This document shows positions 11,464-21,034 of a stretch of DNA of 64,000 bases, in pieces. The notes under the pieces were generated by a model, which ran no database searches, was not told the DNA's origin, and saw only the letters and a program-made list of their open reading frames with translations. The position numbers were made by a program, and so were the translations under genes. Source of the stretch: a virus; the IMG/VR virus record IMGVR_UViG_3300032282_005588, positions 1 to 64,000 of that record; one strand, given 5' to 3'. The stretch's first letter is position 1. Each line of letters begins with the position of its first letter.

Positions 11464-12486
11464 ATGAATAAAAAGTTATTACCCTGGTTTATAACATTCT
11501 GTGCTTTAGGATTAGCAATAACTGCAGGATATTATAGTGTTATAGGTTTATCTAAATTGTTTGCTGGAACAGCAATAGCTGTTATAATAATGGCTTCATT
11601 CTTAGAATTATCCAAATTAGTTATAGCTACTTTACTTCATTCATATTGGAGTGAATTAAATAAACTATATAAGTTTTATTTGATAATATCATTAGTAATA
11701 TTATCAATACTAACATCTGCTGGAATATATGGTATGTTGAGTAGTGGTTATCAAGAAATATCTAACAAATCTGAAACAATAGATAGACAAATAGTATCTT
11801 TAGAAACTAAAAAGAAAACATTTGAAAATACTAAAGATAATCTATTGAAAGAAAAAGAATCACTAAATACTAATATATCTAATTTACAAAATTCCTTATC
11901 CGTAGGTATTGTTTTACAATCAAGAGATAAAGACGGTAATTTAATTACTAGAGAAAGTAAAGGAAACAGAATAACCCTTGAAAAACAATTAGATAAAAAT
12001 TCAAAACAAGATGATAAAATATCATCTAAATTAGATATTATAAATGATTCTATATTTAATTTAGAAAACCAAATTCTTGAAATAAAAAACACTAATACAA
12101 TATCAGAATTAGGTCCATTAAAATATATAAGTAAATTAATTAATAAACCTATGGATAAAATTATTAATTGGTTTATATTAATTATAATACTTGTTTTTGA
12201 CCCATTAGCTATTTGTTTAGTTATAGCTGCTAATTTTTCATTTAATAAATTAAAAACAAAAACAGTTGAGCCTTCTTCTATTAATATATCATATCAAGAA
12301 CTCCAAGATGACATGTCTTTACTTAAAGAAGAGTTACCTATTGAATCAAATCCCCAACCCCCCAACAATCCAATACAAGAAACGTGGGTAAATAATACAC
12401 CACCTCCATATGTTTCTGATGGGATTTATAAAGGAACTTCCACTATAAAACCAAAACAAACAGATAACACTATAATCTATAGTTAA
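11464..12486 (+). CDS. membrane protein with central coiled coil
   Basis: Three N-terminal TM segments, a coiled coil, ELGPLKY and a further TM segment (VFDPLA). Confidence 0.7.
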   Translation: MNKKLLPWFITFCALGLAITAGYYSVIGLSKLFAGTAIAVIIMASFLELSKLVIATLLHSYWSELNKLYKFYLIISLVILSILTSAGIYGMLSSGYQEISNKSETIDRQIVSLETKKKTFENTKDNLLKEKESLNTNISNLQNSLSVGIVLQSRDKDGNLITRESKGNRITLEKQLDKNSKQDDKISSKLDIINDSIFNLENQILEIKNTNTISELGPLKYISKLINKPMDKIINWFILIIILVFDPLAICLVIAANFSFNKLKTKTVEPSSINISYQELQDDMSLLKEELPIESNPQPPNNPIQETWVNNTPPPYVSDGIYKGTSTIKPKQTDNTIIYS

Positions 12487-12519
12487 TTTTTGGTTTTTTA
12501 AAATTTTATACTTATATTA

Positions 12520-13053
12520 ATGGGGATGAGTAAATATCCAATATTTTTAGAAAAATTTACTACCCCCGATGAAAAATTAATTCATCAAGAGATTAGTAAG
12601 CTTAAAAAAATAAATTATAATAAATTTTATTGGTGGAGAAACTATACTCCCAAAAATGAACCACTTAAATCTAAAGATTTATTAGATAAAATCAAAAATG
12701 GAGATTATAATTTTTCACATTATTATTGGCAAGCACATAATGCTATTTTAAAAGCTAAAAACAAAATTAATCTCGAATATGATGATTTAGAAACTCAAGC
12801 AATAAAAGTTTCTTTAGAAATGGAACAATATCGTAAATTAATAAAAGATTTTGAAAAAGATGAGATTGAAAAATTAATACAATTAGAAAAAGAATTTATT
12901 AATAATTTTAATCTCTCTAAAGAAAAATATAATTATTATTTTGAAAATTATGAGGGTACATTAGAAGAGTTTTATATATTTTGTGTATTTAACTTTGGAA
13001 AAAGAATTAAACCATTAAATAAAAGAGGTAGAAAACCAAAAATAACATTATGA
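12520..13053 (+). CDS. hypothetical protein
   Basis: 177 aa ORF directly behind the promoter motif at 12490. Confidence 0.6.
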   Translation: MGMSKYPIFLEKFTTPDEKLIHQEISKLKKINYNKFYWWRNYTPKNEPLKSKDLLDKIKNGDYNFSHYYWQAHNAILKAKNKINLEYDDLETQAIKVSLEMEQYRKLIKDFEKDEIEKLIQLEKEFINNFNLSKEKYNYYFENYEGTLEEFYIFCVFNFGKRIKPLNKRGRKPKITL

Positions 13054-13177
13054 TAGAATTTATTACTCATAGTTTGGGAATATGCGGAGATGGACACCCA
13101 AATATTTTTATTTTTTTACTTAATGAAGTTGGGATTTTTGAATATTTTAATTATATTTATGATAAAGTAAAAAAGTT

Positions 13178-13963
13178 ATGATAAAAATTTCACATGAAAC
13201 TCCAATTTGTTTATTAAAAGAAAGTAAACGTTTTAATGATTATCAATATGCTTTAGTTCATTTATTAGAAAATAATGAAAAATATAGAAATCATTTTTTA
13301 GAATGTAGAGATGAAAATATTCCTATTTACTTAGATAATAGTTTACATGAATTAGGAACAGCTATTGGTGGAGAAATTTTATTAAAATGGATTAATGAAT
13401 TAAAACCACAATATGTTTTCGTTCCTGATGTTTGGGAAAATAAAATAGCATCTGTAGTAAATGCCAGAGAATGGATTCAATATGAACTCCCAGAAGAAAC
13501 TACTAAAATAGCAATTGTTCAAGCTAAATCTCTTGCAGAAGCAATAGAATGTACTATGACATATAAAGATTTAGGTTATAAAAAAATAGCTTATAGTTAT
13601 GGTGCATCATTTTACAATGATTTAGTTAAACATCCTAATTTATATATTGGAAAAGCATTAGGTCGAGTATCAATGATATCTCATTTTTATAAAATCGGAT
13701 TGTTAAACCAAATAGATAAAATCCATCTTTTAGGTACAGCATGTCCTATAGAGTTTGCTTTTTATAAAGATATAAAATGTATTGATTCAATTGATACCTC
13801 AAATCCAATAATGCTAACATTAGATAAAAAAGAATATAATAATACTTTTACTAATAATAAACCAATATCTAATATGAATAATGATATTAATATAGATTAT
13901 AATAAAATTGATTTAGAATTATTGGAAGAAAATATAACAAAATTTAGAAATTTATTTAAATAA
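13178..13963 (+). CDS. TGT-fold DpdA-like 7-deazaguanine DNA transglycosylase
   Basis: YLDNS, PDV, IHLLG, SIDTS motifs; immediately upstream of queC. Confidence 0.65.
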   Translation: MIKISHETPICLLKESKRFNDYQYALVHLLENNEKYRNHFLECRDENIPIYLDNSLHELGTAIGGEILLKWINELKPQYVFVPDVWENKIASVVNAREWIQYELPEETTKIAIVQAKSLAEAIECTMTYKDLGYKKIAYSYGASFYNDLVKHPNLYIGKALGRVSMISHFYKIGLLNQIDKIHLLGTACPIEFAFYKDIKCIDSIDTSNPIMLTLDKKEYNNTFTNNKPISNMNNDINIDYNKIDLELLEENITKFRNLFK

Positions 13964-13964
13964 T

Positions 13965-14672
13965 ATGAAAGATAAAGCAATAGTAGTCTTCTCAGGAGGA
14001 CAAGATTCAACAACATGTTTATATTGGGCGTTAAATCGTTTTAAAAATGTAGAAGCAATTACATTTAATTATGGTCAAAAGCATTCTATTGAAATAGAAC
14101 AATCTAAATTAATCCTAGAAAAAACCGGTGTTAAACAAATAATAGTTGATTTAAACCAATCACTAGGGTTTCTAGCTGAAAGTGCACTAACAAGTAATGG
14201 TAACGTTTCAGAAATAAATAAATATGGTTTACCATCATCATTTGTGCCAGGACGTAATGGTATATTTTTATATAATGCTTATGTTTATGCTTTAAAAACA
14301 GAAGCAGATGCTATGATAACAGGAGTATGCCAAACAGATTATAGTGGTTATCCTGATTGTAGACGTGATTTTATTAATGAATTACTTAATGTAATGGATA
14401 TGGGTGTATTTGGGAAAAATAAATCAAGTGGTTTGGCTATCAATACTCCTCTTATGTATCTTACTAAAGCAGAAACATTTAAACTAGCAGAAGATGAAGG
14501 ATGTTTAGATGATGTTATTGAATTATCCCACACGTGTTATAATGGTGAAAGATCATATAAACATGAATGGGGTTGGAGTTCAGAACAAGGTACTGAAAAT
14601 GATCCATTTTGTCCTGCATGTAATTTAAGAGCTAAAGGATGGGATGAATATAAAAAAATATATAATAAGTGA
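13965..14672 (+). CDS. queC: 7-cyano-7-deazaguanine synthase
   Basis: SGGQDST, YGQKH, FVPGRN, YPDCR, TCY...CPAC. Confidence 0.95.
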   Translation: MKDKAIVVFSGGQDSTTCLYWALNRFKNVEAITFNYGQKHSIEIEQSKLILEKTGVKQIIVDLNQSLGFLAESALTSNGNVSEINKYGLPSSFVPGRNGIFLYNAYVYALKTEADAMITGVCQTDYSGYPDCRRDFINELLNVMDMGVFGKNKSSGLAINTPLMYLTKAETFKLAEDEGCLDDVIELSHTCYNGERSYKHEWGWSSEQGTENDPFCPACNLRAKGWDEYKKIYNK

Positions 14673-14875
14673 AGCAAAAACAATCAATAGATAAAAGACA
14701 ATATTATATTGTTTTAAATCAAAATAATGAAGTATTTACAGGATTAAAAAAAGGTTATCTTAATTGGTCATCTGACTGGTTAGAAGCAAAACCATTAGAA
14801 TATCAAAGTACTACATATCTAAAATTAGAAAATAAAAACATCGAATTAATCAAAGAAGAAGAATTTTATGGCTGA
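14669..14875 (+). CDS. hypothetical protein
   Basis: 68 aa ORF overlapping both neighbours. Confidence 0.55.
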   Translation: MKQKQSIDKRQYYIVLNQNNEVFTGLKKGYLNWSSDWLEAKPLEYQSTTYLKLENKNIELIKEEEFYG

Positions 14876-15155
14876 TTTCTCAAAACAATACTGCGAAAAA
14901 GTTTCCGATGGAAAATTTCCTTATGATTTTGATATCATAGAAATTTATAATACATTGGATGAAGGAAATTATATTCCTACAATATGTGAAGGATTAGGAT
15001 TTATAGCTATAGGAAAAAATATAAATAATTCTGAACCTCAACTATTATTTGGTATGGGATTTGCTATTAGAGAAGGATATTGGGATGGACCTATACCTGA
15101 AGGTTTAGATGAAAATGATTGTGTTTGGGTAACATATAGTAAAGTAATTAATTAA
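14868..15155 (+). CDS. hypothetical protein
   Basis: 95 aa, MADFSKQYC...ICEGLGF. Confidence 0.6.
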   Translation: MADFSKQYCEKVSDGKFPYDFDIIEIYNTLDEGNYIPTICEGLGFIAIGKNINNSEPQLLFGMGFAIREGYWDGPIPEGLDENDCVWVTYSKVIN

Positions 15156-15159
15156 TAAA

Positions 15160-15723
15160 ATGTATAAAATAGGAAAACAATTTGATTTCTGTTATGGTCA
15201 TAGAGTATGGTCTCAAGAACTAATAGAAGGATACTCAGAAGATATGAATTTAAAATGTCGTCATTATCATGGGCATCAAGGAAAAATTATAGTTTATTTA
15301 GAAAATATAGAAGATTCTAATAAATTAGAAAAGGGTATGGTTACTGATTTCAAACATTTAGGATGGTTTAAAAAATGGATTGATGATGTTTTAGATCATA
15401 AATTCATAATGGATATAAATGATCCAATAAGAAATATATTATTTCCTATAACCAAATTTAATAGTTCTTATGAATTTGATAATTTATTTCGAGTAAATAA
15501 ATATAATTATTATACCATATGGGAAAATATATATAATACATTATCACAACCCGAAAAAGAAATATATGAAGGGTTAATATTTGTTGAATTTGTTCCAACA
15601 TCAGAAAATATATCAAAATGGTTATGTGATATAGTAAATGAAAAAATGAATCAAATAGGAATAAAATGTTCACATATCCAATTTTATGAAACACCAAAAT
15701 CAGAATCGAATTATTTTAATTAA
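15160..15723 (+). CDS. queD: 6-carboxytetrahydropterin synthase
   Basis: YGHR, CRHYHGH, GMVTDF, LDHKF, PTSEN, ETPKS. Confidence 0.92.
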   Translation: MYKIGKQFDFCYGHRVWSQELIEGYSEDMNLKCRHYHGHQGKIIVYLENIEDSNKLEKGMVTDFKHLGWFKKWIDDVLDHKFIMDINDPIRNILFPITKFNSSYEFDNLFRVNKYNYYTIWENIYNTLSQPEKEIYEGLIFVEFVPTSENISKWLCDIVNEKMNQIGIKCSHIQFYETPKSESNYFN

Positions 15724-15768
15724 AAATGTATCTTGATACATGGTTGATATATTTATAAGTAAAATACC

Positions 15769-16680
15769 ATGAATAGAGAAACACTGGATAAAAAATTAAT
15801 CTTAAATACCTATTTAGAAAATAAAGATAAGGGAAAATATTGGGTAGCTAAACATTTAAAGTTAAATAAAAATTCTGTATGTGCTTTGATTGATAAATAT
15901 AATCCTAATAATGTTTCTCTAAATATAGAATTAGAAGAGGCCTTATTGAAAATAATTAAATTATATCCTTATACTGGAACTAAACATAAATTATCAAATA
16001 TATTAAAGACTACATCATATTCTATTGAACAAGTTCTTCATAAAACCAAAAATATAGAATTAATTAATTATTTCACCACCCCAAAATCTCATTGTTCTAA
16101 ACTTACAGATAAAGATATTCAAGATATATTAGATGGAAGTAAATTAGGGATTGGTAATGATTTAATGGGAATCCAGAAAGGAATTGATGGAGTTTCTATT
16201 AGAAATATTAGAAAAAAGTTTTTAACATCTGAGGAATATGAAAAATACCATTCAATAAATCGTTTTTATGAAGGAGATTATAATTCATATTATAATGAAA
16301 GAGGAGATAAATTTTTGTCAACATGGGAAGAAAAAGTAGCAGATTTTTTATATCATAAAAATATAAAATATTATTCAAACGTAAGACTTGATTATAAAAG
16401 TAAACATTATTCACCTGATATTTATATACCTGAAAATAGGGTATTTATTGAAATATTCGGAATGTCTAATATTAATTGTTATAAAGGAAATATGAATAAG
16501 AAATCTCAATATTATATTGATAATAAAATAAAATGTTTATTTTTATATGAAGAAGATTTTTTAGAAAACAGAAAACCAATAGAAAAATATAAGATTAAAT
16601 TAAATGAATTTTTAGAAGAAATTAAAAATATAATATTCAATAATCATATAAAAAATAATATAGTATTTAAAGATAGATAA
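15769..16680 (+). CDS. free-standing HTH + PD-(D/E)xK endonuclease (putative homing endonuclease)
   Basis: C-terminal STWEEKVADFL...YSPDIYI...FIEIFG; HTH-like N-terminus; sits between queD and queE. Confidence 0.6.
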   Translation: MNRETLDKKLILNTYLENKDKGKYWVAKHLKLNKNSVCALIDKYNPNNVSLNIELEEALLKIIKLYPYTGTKHKLSNILKTTSYSIEQVLHKTKNIELINYFTTPKSHCSKLTDKDIQDILDGSKLGIGNDLMGIQKGIDGVSIRNIRKKFLTSEEYEKYHSINRFYEGDYNSYYNERGDKFLSTWEEKVADFLYHKNIKYYSNVRLDYKSKHYSPDIYIPENRVFIEIFGMSNINCYKGNMNKKSQYYIDNKIKCLFLYEEDFLENRKPIEKYKIKLNEFLEEIKNIIFNNHIKNNIVFKDR

Positions 16681-16769
16681 ATAAATTAAAATATAAACAA
16701 CTCAACAAAAGATGGAAAATAATTGGAATTATACAACAACATTCGGTATTTATAAAATAAATTATATAT

Positions 16770-16985
16770 ATGTTAAATAATAAAAATATATTATCATTAT
16801 ATGAATATTTAGGTCATGCCGCTGGACCTATCTTAGGTAAAGAAGTAGCCCAATCAGCTATAAAATCAAATATACAAATTTCTTCACACGAAGTAAATAA
16901 TAACAAATACACAGGAAAAATATTAAAATATCCTAAACAATTTTTAGAAGATTATTTCCAAAAAAACCCAACAACAAAATTATAA
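16770..16985 (+). CDS. hypothetical protein
   Basis: 71 aa, SLYEYLGHAAG...LGKEV. Confidence 0.6.
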   Translation: MLNNKNILSLYEYLGHAAGPILGKEVAQSAIKSNIQISSHEVNNNKYTGKILKYPKQFLEDYFQKNPTTKL

Positions 16986-16989
16986 AATT

Positions 16990-17847
16990 ATGTCAATAAG
17001 AACAGATAAATTAAAAATTTCCCAAGATTTTTTTAGCTTACAAGGGGAAGGTAAAACAATGGGATATCCTTCATATTTTGTGCGCTTAGCTATTTGCAAC
17101 TTAAGTTGTGGGATGTCAAGAAAATTTCTTAACCAATTAGTAAAAGATAATACCTTAAAAGAAGGAGAAATATTTACTGGAGATTTACATGCTGAAGGAA
17201 AAGCTACATGGACTTGTGATAGTACATCTGAGTGGGCTTTAAAAGGTGAAGATAAAGACTTCCAATACTTGATTGATCAATGGAAAGAACAAGGCATCTA
17301 TGAACATATTAAGAATGGTACTATCCATATTATTTGGACTGGTGGAGAACCTACCATTAAACAGCATCAAGAAGCTATTATGAATTTCCGCCAACATTGG
17401 TATAATTTAGAAACAAAATTACTAAGAGAAGTTGGATATACAGGAGATTTTACACCGTATGATGAAATAGAAACTAACTGTACAGTTTATATTGATCAAC
17501 CGTTATTTGACACATTAGATCAAATCAACTGCTCACCTAAACTATCTAATTCAGGTATGACAGCATCACAACGTATTAATCCAGATGCAATTAAACGTAT
17601 TATGGAACATAAGAACTATCAATTCAAATTTGTTATCTCAACTGAGAATGATGTTAAAGAATTGTTCCGTGACTTTGTTGAACCATTTAATATACCACTT
17701 GATAAAATATGTTGTATGCCGGGTTTAGATGATAGAGATAATTTTCATGAACGTACACATTTTGTATTTGAAATGGCTAAAAAATATAAATTTATAGCTT
17801 CAACTAGATTACATATAAGTGCTTATGGAGCAGTTACAGGAGTATAA
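16990..17847 (+). CDS. queE: 7-carboxy-7-deazaguanine synthase (radical SAM)
   Basis: FSLQGEG, VRLAICNLSC...WTCDS (third Cys displaced by an insertion), TGGEP, SPKL, RLH. Confidence 0.9.
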   Translation: MSIRTDKLKISQDFFSLQGEGKTMGYPSYFVRLAICNLSCGMSRKFLNQLVKDNTLKEGEIFTGDLHAEGKATWTCDSTSEWALKGEDKDFQYLIDQWKEQGIYEHIKNGTIHIIWTGGEPTIKQHQEAIMNFRQHWYNLETKLLREVGYTGDFTPYDEIETNCTVYIDQPLFDTLDQINCSPKLSNSGMTASQRINPDAIKRIMEHKNYQFKFVISTENDVKELFRDFVEPFNIPLDKICCMPGLDDRDNFHERTHFVFEMAKKYKFIASTRLHISAYGAVTGV

Positions 17848-17868
17848 TTAATTAAAAAATATAATATA

Positions 17869-18018
17869 ATGATAACAGACTACTTATTACAAACAATCAT
17901 CAATACAGTAAAAAATACTGGTAATGATGCTGAATTAGGAGCTAAAATTAGAGCTCTAATTACACCAATTATTCAATCACAAGGGATCCAAGAAGGTAAA
18001 ACATTATTAAAAGGTTAA
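17869..18018 (+). CDS. small hypothetical protein (not in ORF track)
   Basis: 49 aa MITDYLLQ...GNDAELGAKIR filling the gap after queE. Confidence 0.55.
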   Translation: MITDYLLQTIINTVKNTGNDAELGAKIRALITPIIQSQGIQEGKTLLKG

Positions 18019-18023
18019 CTATT

Positions 18024-18506
18024 ATGGGAAAAAATTTAAATCAGCTAAATCAATATTTGGATCAATTTAACCAAATTATTCTAGAATTAAAAAAAAGAGG
18101 AATTGAAGGTTCAAATAATGTTAGATTAGGAGGCTCACTAATGTTTAAAGTTCATGGTCTAAATTTCTCAAGAATCACAGATGATTTAGATATTATTTTA
18201 ACTAATCCTACTGAAGAACAAAAATCATACCTTAATTTAATTAAAGTTTTTTCAATTTTGAAAGGTAATTATAATTATGAAACTCCTAATTATAAATTCA
18301 TAAAAAATGGATTGATATTAAATATATTAGTAACAAATAAAATTTATATTGATGGAGAAGAAGAAAACTCATATGAAACATACTATAAATTTAGAAATAA
18401 TTTATATGAAATCGTTCCCATTAATGAAATCATTAAAGCTAAAAAACAATATGATAGAATCAAAGATAGAAATGATTTTTTAATACTTAAAAAAGAAAAT
18501 TTTTAA
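18024..18506 (+). CDS. nucleotidyltransferase-fold protein
   Basis: LGGSL...R.TDDLDI; C-terminal K...R.KD..D. Confidence 0.6.
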   Translation: MGKNLNQLNQYLDQFNQIILELKKRGIEGSNNVRLGGSLMFKVHGLNFSRITDDLDIILTNPTEEQKSYLNLIKVFSILKGNYNYETPNYKFIKNGLILNILVTNKIYIDGEEENSYETYYKFRNNLYEIVPINEIIKAKKQYDRIKDRNDFLILKKENF

Positions 18507-18508
18507 AA

Positions 18509-18790
18509 ATGGATAAAGTATTACTTAAAGAATCAATAAATAATAAAGATAATCTTTTATTATATTTTAAAGCTGATTGGTGTGGTTCTTGTAAAGAATC
18601 GAATCAATATATTAAAAAAATATCTGAGTCTAAAAAAGATTTTAAATTACATGAAATCGAATCTGATGAAGATAGAGATGATATAGGAGCATTATTTAAA
18701 GTAGAATTTCTACCAACATTAATTATCATTAATGAAACCGGATATAAAAAATATGTAGGTACTAAAAAAATTAAAGATTTGACTAAATGA
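18509..18790 (+). CDS. thioredoxin
   Basis: FKADWCGSCK; LPT. Confidence 0.85.
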   Translation: MDKVLLKESINNKDNLLLYFKADWCGSCKESNQYIKKISESKKDFKLHEIESDEDRDDIGALFKVEFLPTLIIINETGYKKYVGTKKIKDLTK

Positions 18791-19281
18791 ATATATTATT
18801 TAATGAATATCAAATCCAATCAGCTGTTACCAAAATAGCTGATATTATTAATAATAAAAAACATGATGAACCCCCAATTTTTATATGTTTATTGAATGGT
18901 GCATTTATGTTTTTTTCTGATTTAATAAAACAAATAGATAAATGTGAAATAGATTTTATGAGGGTAAAATCATACCCAAATGAGATATTAATAACAGCAA
19001 ATAATACTAGTTATATAAAAGGGAAAGATGTTTATGTAATAGATGATATATGTGATTCGGGTAATACATTAGACTTTATTATTAAAAATTTAAAAAATCA
19101 AGGGGTTAAATCAATTACACCCATTACTCTTTTTAAAAGATATAATATTGAATATGAAAATCTAATATATGGTATTGAATTAAAGAATGAACATTATATA
19201 ATAGGATATGGACTTGATGATTTAGATGGTCTTAATAGAAATAAAAAATATATTGTGGGGTTAGAAGATGACAATAATTAA
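18787..19281 (+). CDS. hypoxanthine/guanine phosphoribosyltransferase-like
   Basis: LLNGAFMFFSDL, VKSY, VIDDICDSGNTL, IGYGLD. Confidence 0.85.
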   Translation: MNILFNEYQIQSAVTKIADIINNKKHDEPPIFICLLNGAFMFFSDLIKQIDKCEIDFMRVKSYPNEILITANNTSYIKGKDVYVIDDICDSGNTLDFIIKNLKNQGVKSITPITLFKRYNIEYENLIYGIELKNEHYIIGYGLDDLDGLNRNKKYIVGLEDDNN

Positions 19282-19324
19282 AAACAATTTGGTTTTATAA
19301 AAATTATTAATTATATTATAAATT

Positions 19325-19960
19325 ATGAAATATATAGAAAAAGCAAACGAAAACACACCTCGAACCTCAGAAGAAATTGAAAACATGATTAGTGAGGCTT
19401 CCGAACACTATGGTAGATTTTTAAAATCAATGGGTTTTGATTATACTGCTGATCCTCAAACCATTGATACACCTCGTCGTGTGGCTAAGGCCTGGCTTAA
19501 AGATCTAATTATAGGATCTATTACAGAAGAACCATCTATGACTGTTTTTCCAAATGAAGAAAATTATGATGGTATAGTTATCCAAACAGGGATTCCTGTA
19601 GTTTCAATGTGCGCCCATCATAATTTACCATTCACAGGATATGCATCAGTAGCATATGTTCCTAAAGATAAAGTAGTAGGTCTATCTAAATTGAATAGGG
19701 TAGTTGACTGGTTCTCAAGAAGACCACAAATGCAAGAATCACTAACTCAACAAATACACTCATTTTTATCTGAAAAACTAGAATGTGAATCTATAGCTGT
19801 AAGTATAGCTTCTAAACATATGTGTTGTGGATTAAGAGGCATAAAACACCCCACAAGTGTGATGTGTACTAATAAATTTAGTGGAGTATTTATGGAATCA
19901 GGAAATCTAATCCGTGAAGAATTCCTCCAAGCTATAAACAAAAATGGTCCTAAATTTTAA
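19325..19960 (+). CDS. folE: GTP cyclohydrolase I
   Basis: TPRRVAK, SMCAHHNLPF, GLSKLNR, RRPQMQE, HMC..LRG. Confidence 0.95.
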   Translation: MKYIEKANENTPRTSEEIENMISEASEHYGRFLKSMGFDYTADPQTIDTPRRVAKAWLKDLIIGSITEEPSMTVFPNEENYDGIVIQTGIPVVSMCAHHNLPFTGYASVAYVPKDKVVGLSKLNRVVDWFSRRPQMQESLTQQIHSFLSEKLECESIAVSIASKHMCCGLRGIKHPTSVMCTNKFSGVFMESGNLIREEFLQAINKNGPKF

Positions 19961-19974
19961 TTAAATTATAAAAT

Positions 19975-20508
19975 ATGTTAAATAGTAATCAAATCATTTA
20001 TGAAAATCTCCTCAAATTAGAAAATTCTAAAGGAAAACAAGCCCAAGTGGGGTATGATTTAAGTATTAAATCATTACAAAAAGTAAATTCATCTATTAAA
20101 ATAGGTAAAATTTTAAAAGACAAAACAGAATTAGCAGAATATGTTCCTGTAATGTTAGGGAATTTAGATAATGTTGAAGGTTACCTTTTACACCCAGGAG
20201 TATATGATGTTACATTTCATGAGGGATGTAAAATTCCAGGTAATAGAACTGGATTTATTAAACAACGTTCCTCATTATATAGAAATGGAAGTATAATTAA
20301 TAGCCCTGTTTTTGATCCTGGATTTGAAACAGATAATATGGGAACATTTATGTATGTATATGAAACAATCTTCATCGAAAAAGATTCCCGCATCGCTCAA
20401 ATATATTTCCATGAATGTGAATTAGTTAAGAAAGACCAACTATATGATGGGCAATTTCAGGGAGATTCTCAAAGGAAGGATTTTCGCAATCCATCAGTTC
20501 AACATTAA
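19975..20508 (+). CDS. trimeric dUTPase / dCTP deaminase family
   Basis: GYDL, QRSSLYRNG, FDPGF, RIAQI, YDGQFQG. Confidence 0.8.
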   Translation: MLNSNQIIYENLLKLENSKGKQAQVGYDLSIKSLQKVNSSIKIGKILKDKTELAEYVPVMLGNLDNVEGYLLHPGVYDVTFHEGCKIPGNRTGFIKQRSSLYRNGSIINSPVFDPGFETDNMGTFMYVYETIFIEKDSRIAQIYFHECELVKKDQLYDGQFQGDSQRKDFRNPSVQH

Positions 20509-20543
20509 ACAATAAACTTTTTATTTTCTTATTATAAACAATT

Positions 20544-20574
20544 AGGACCTATTTTTATAGGTCCTTTTGTTTTT
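20544..20574 (+). terminator. rho-independent terminator
   Basis: AGGACCTAT-TTTT-ATAGGTCCT followed by TTTGTTTTT. Confidence 0.75.
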
Positions 20575-20602
20575 CCATAATCCAATCATATTTATTACTG
20601 AT

Positions 20603-20995
20603 ATGAAAACACCTGAATCAACTATTAAATTAAAAAATTATAGTGGTAAAAAAAATCCATTATTTGGTAATTCACCTTTTAATTTAGGGAAGGTAAGAAC
20701 CCCAAATAATACTAATAATTTAATTGCTCCATCCGATTTAGGGAAAATAACAAAATCTTCTTCTAAAATTAATCTTGAAAAAATTCCTTCATCATTAGAA
20801 GCAAAATCAACCAATTCATCAAACGCATTATTAAGAAAAGTAGTTTCTACAACTATTAAAGGGAATGGAAGAATAGAAAAACAAATAGTACAAGTAGCCA
20901 TAGATTACATGACCCCTAATACTTATGTAACACCAAATCCTCAATGGCCAGACACTACAGGATATGTAGCTGATTCAACATATATAGAAGTATAA
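20603..20995 (+). CDS. hypothetical, probably late/virion protein
   Basis: ATG at 20603 follows ATATTTAT (20588); precedes the fibre gene. Confidence 0.55.
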   Translation: MKTPESTIKLKNYSGKKNPLFGNSPFNLGKVRTPNNTNNLIAPSDLGKITKSSSKINLEKIPSSLEAKSTNSSNALLRKVVSTTIKGNGRIEKQIVQVAIDYMTPNTYVTPNPQWPDTTGYVADSTYIEV

Positions 20996-21034
20996 TAAAA
21001 AATAAAAAATAAAAAACAAAAATAAAACATTAAA

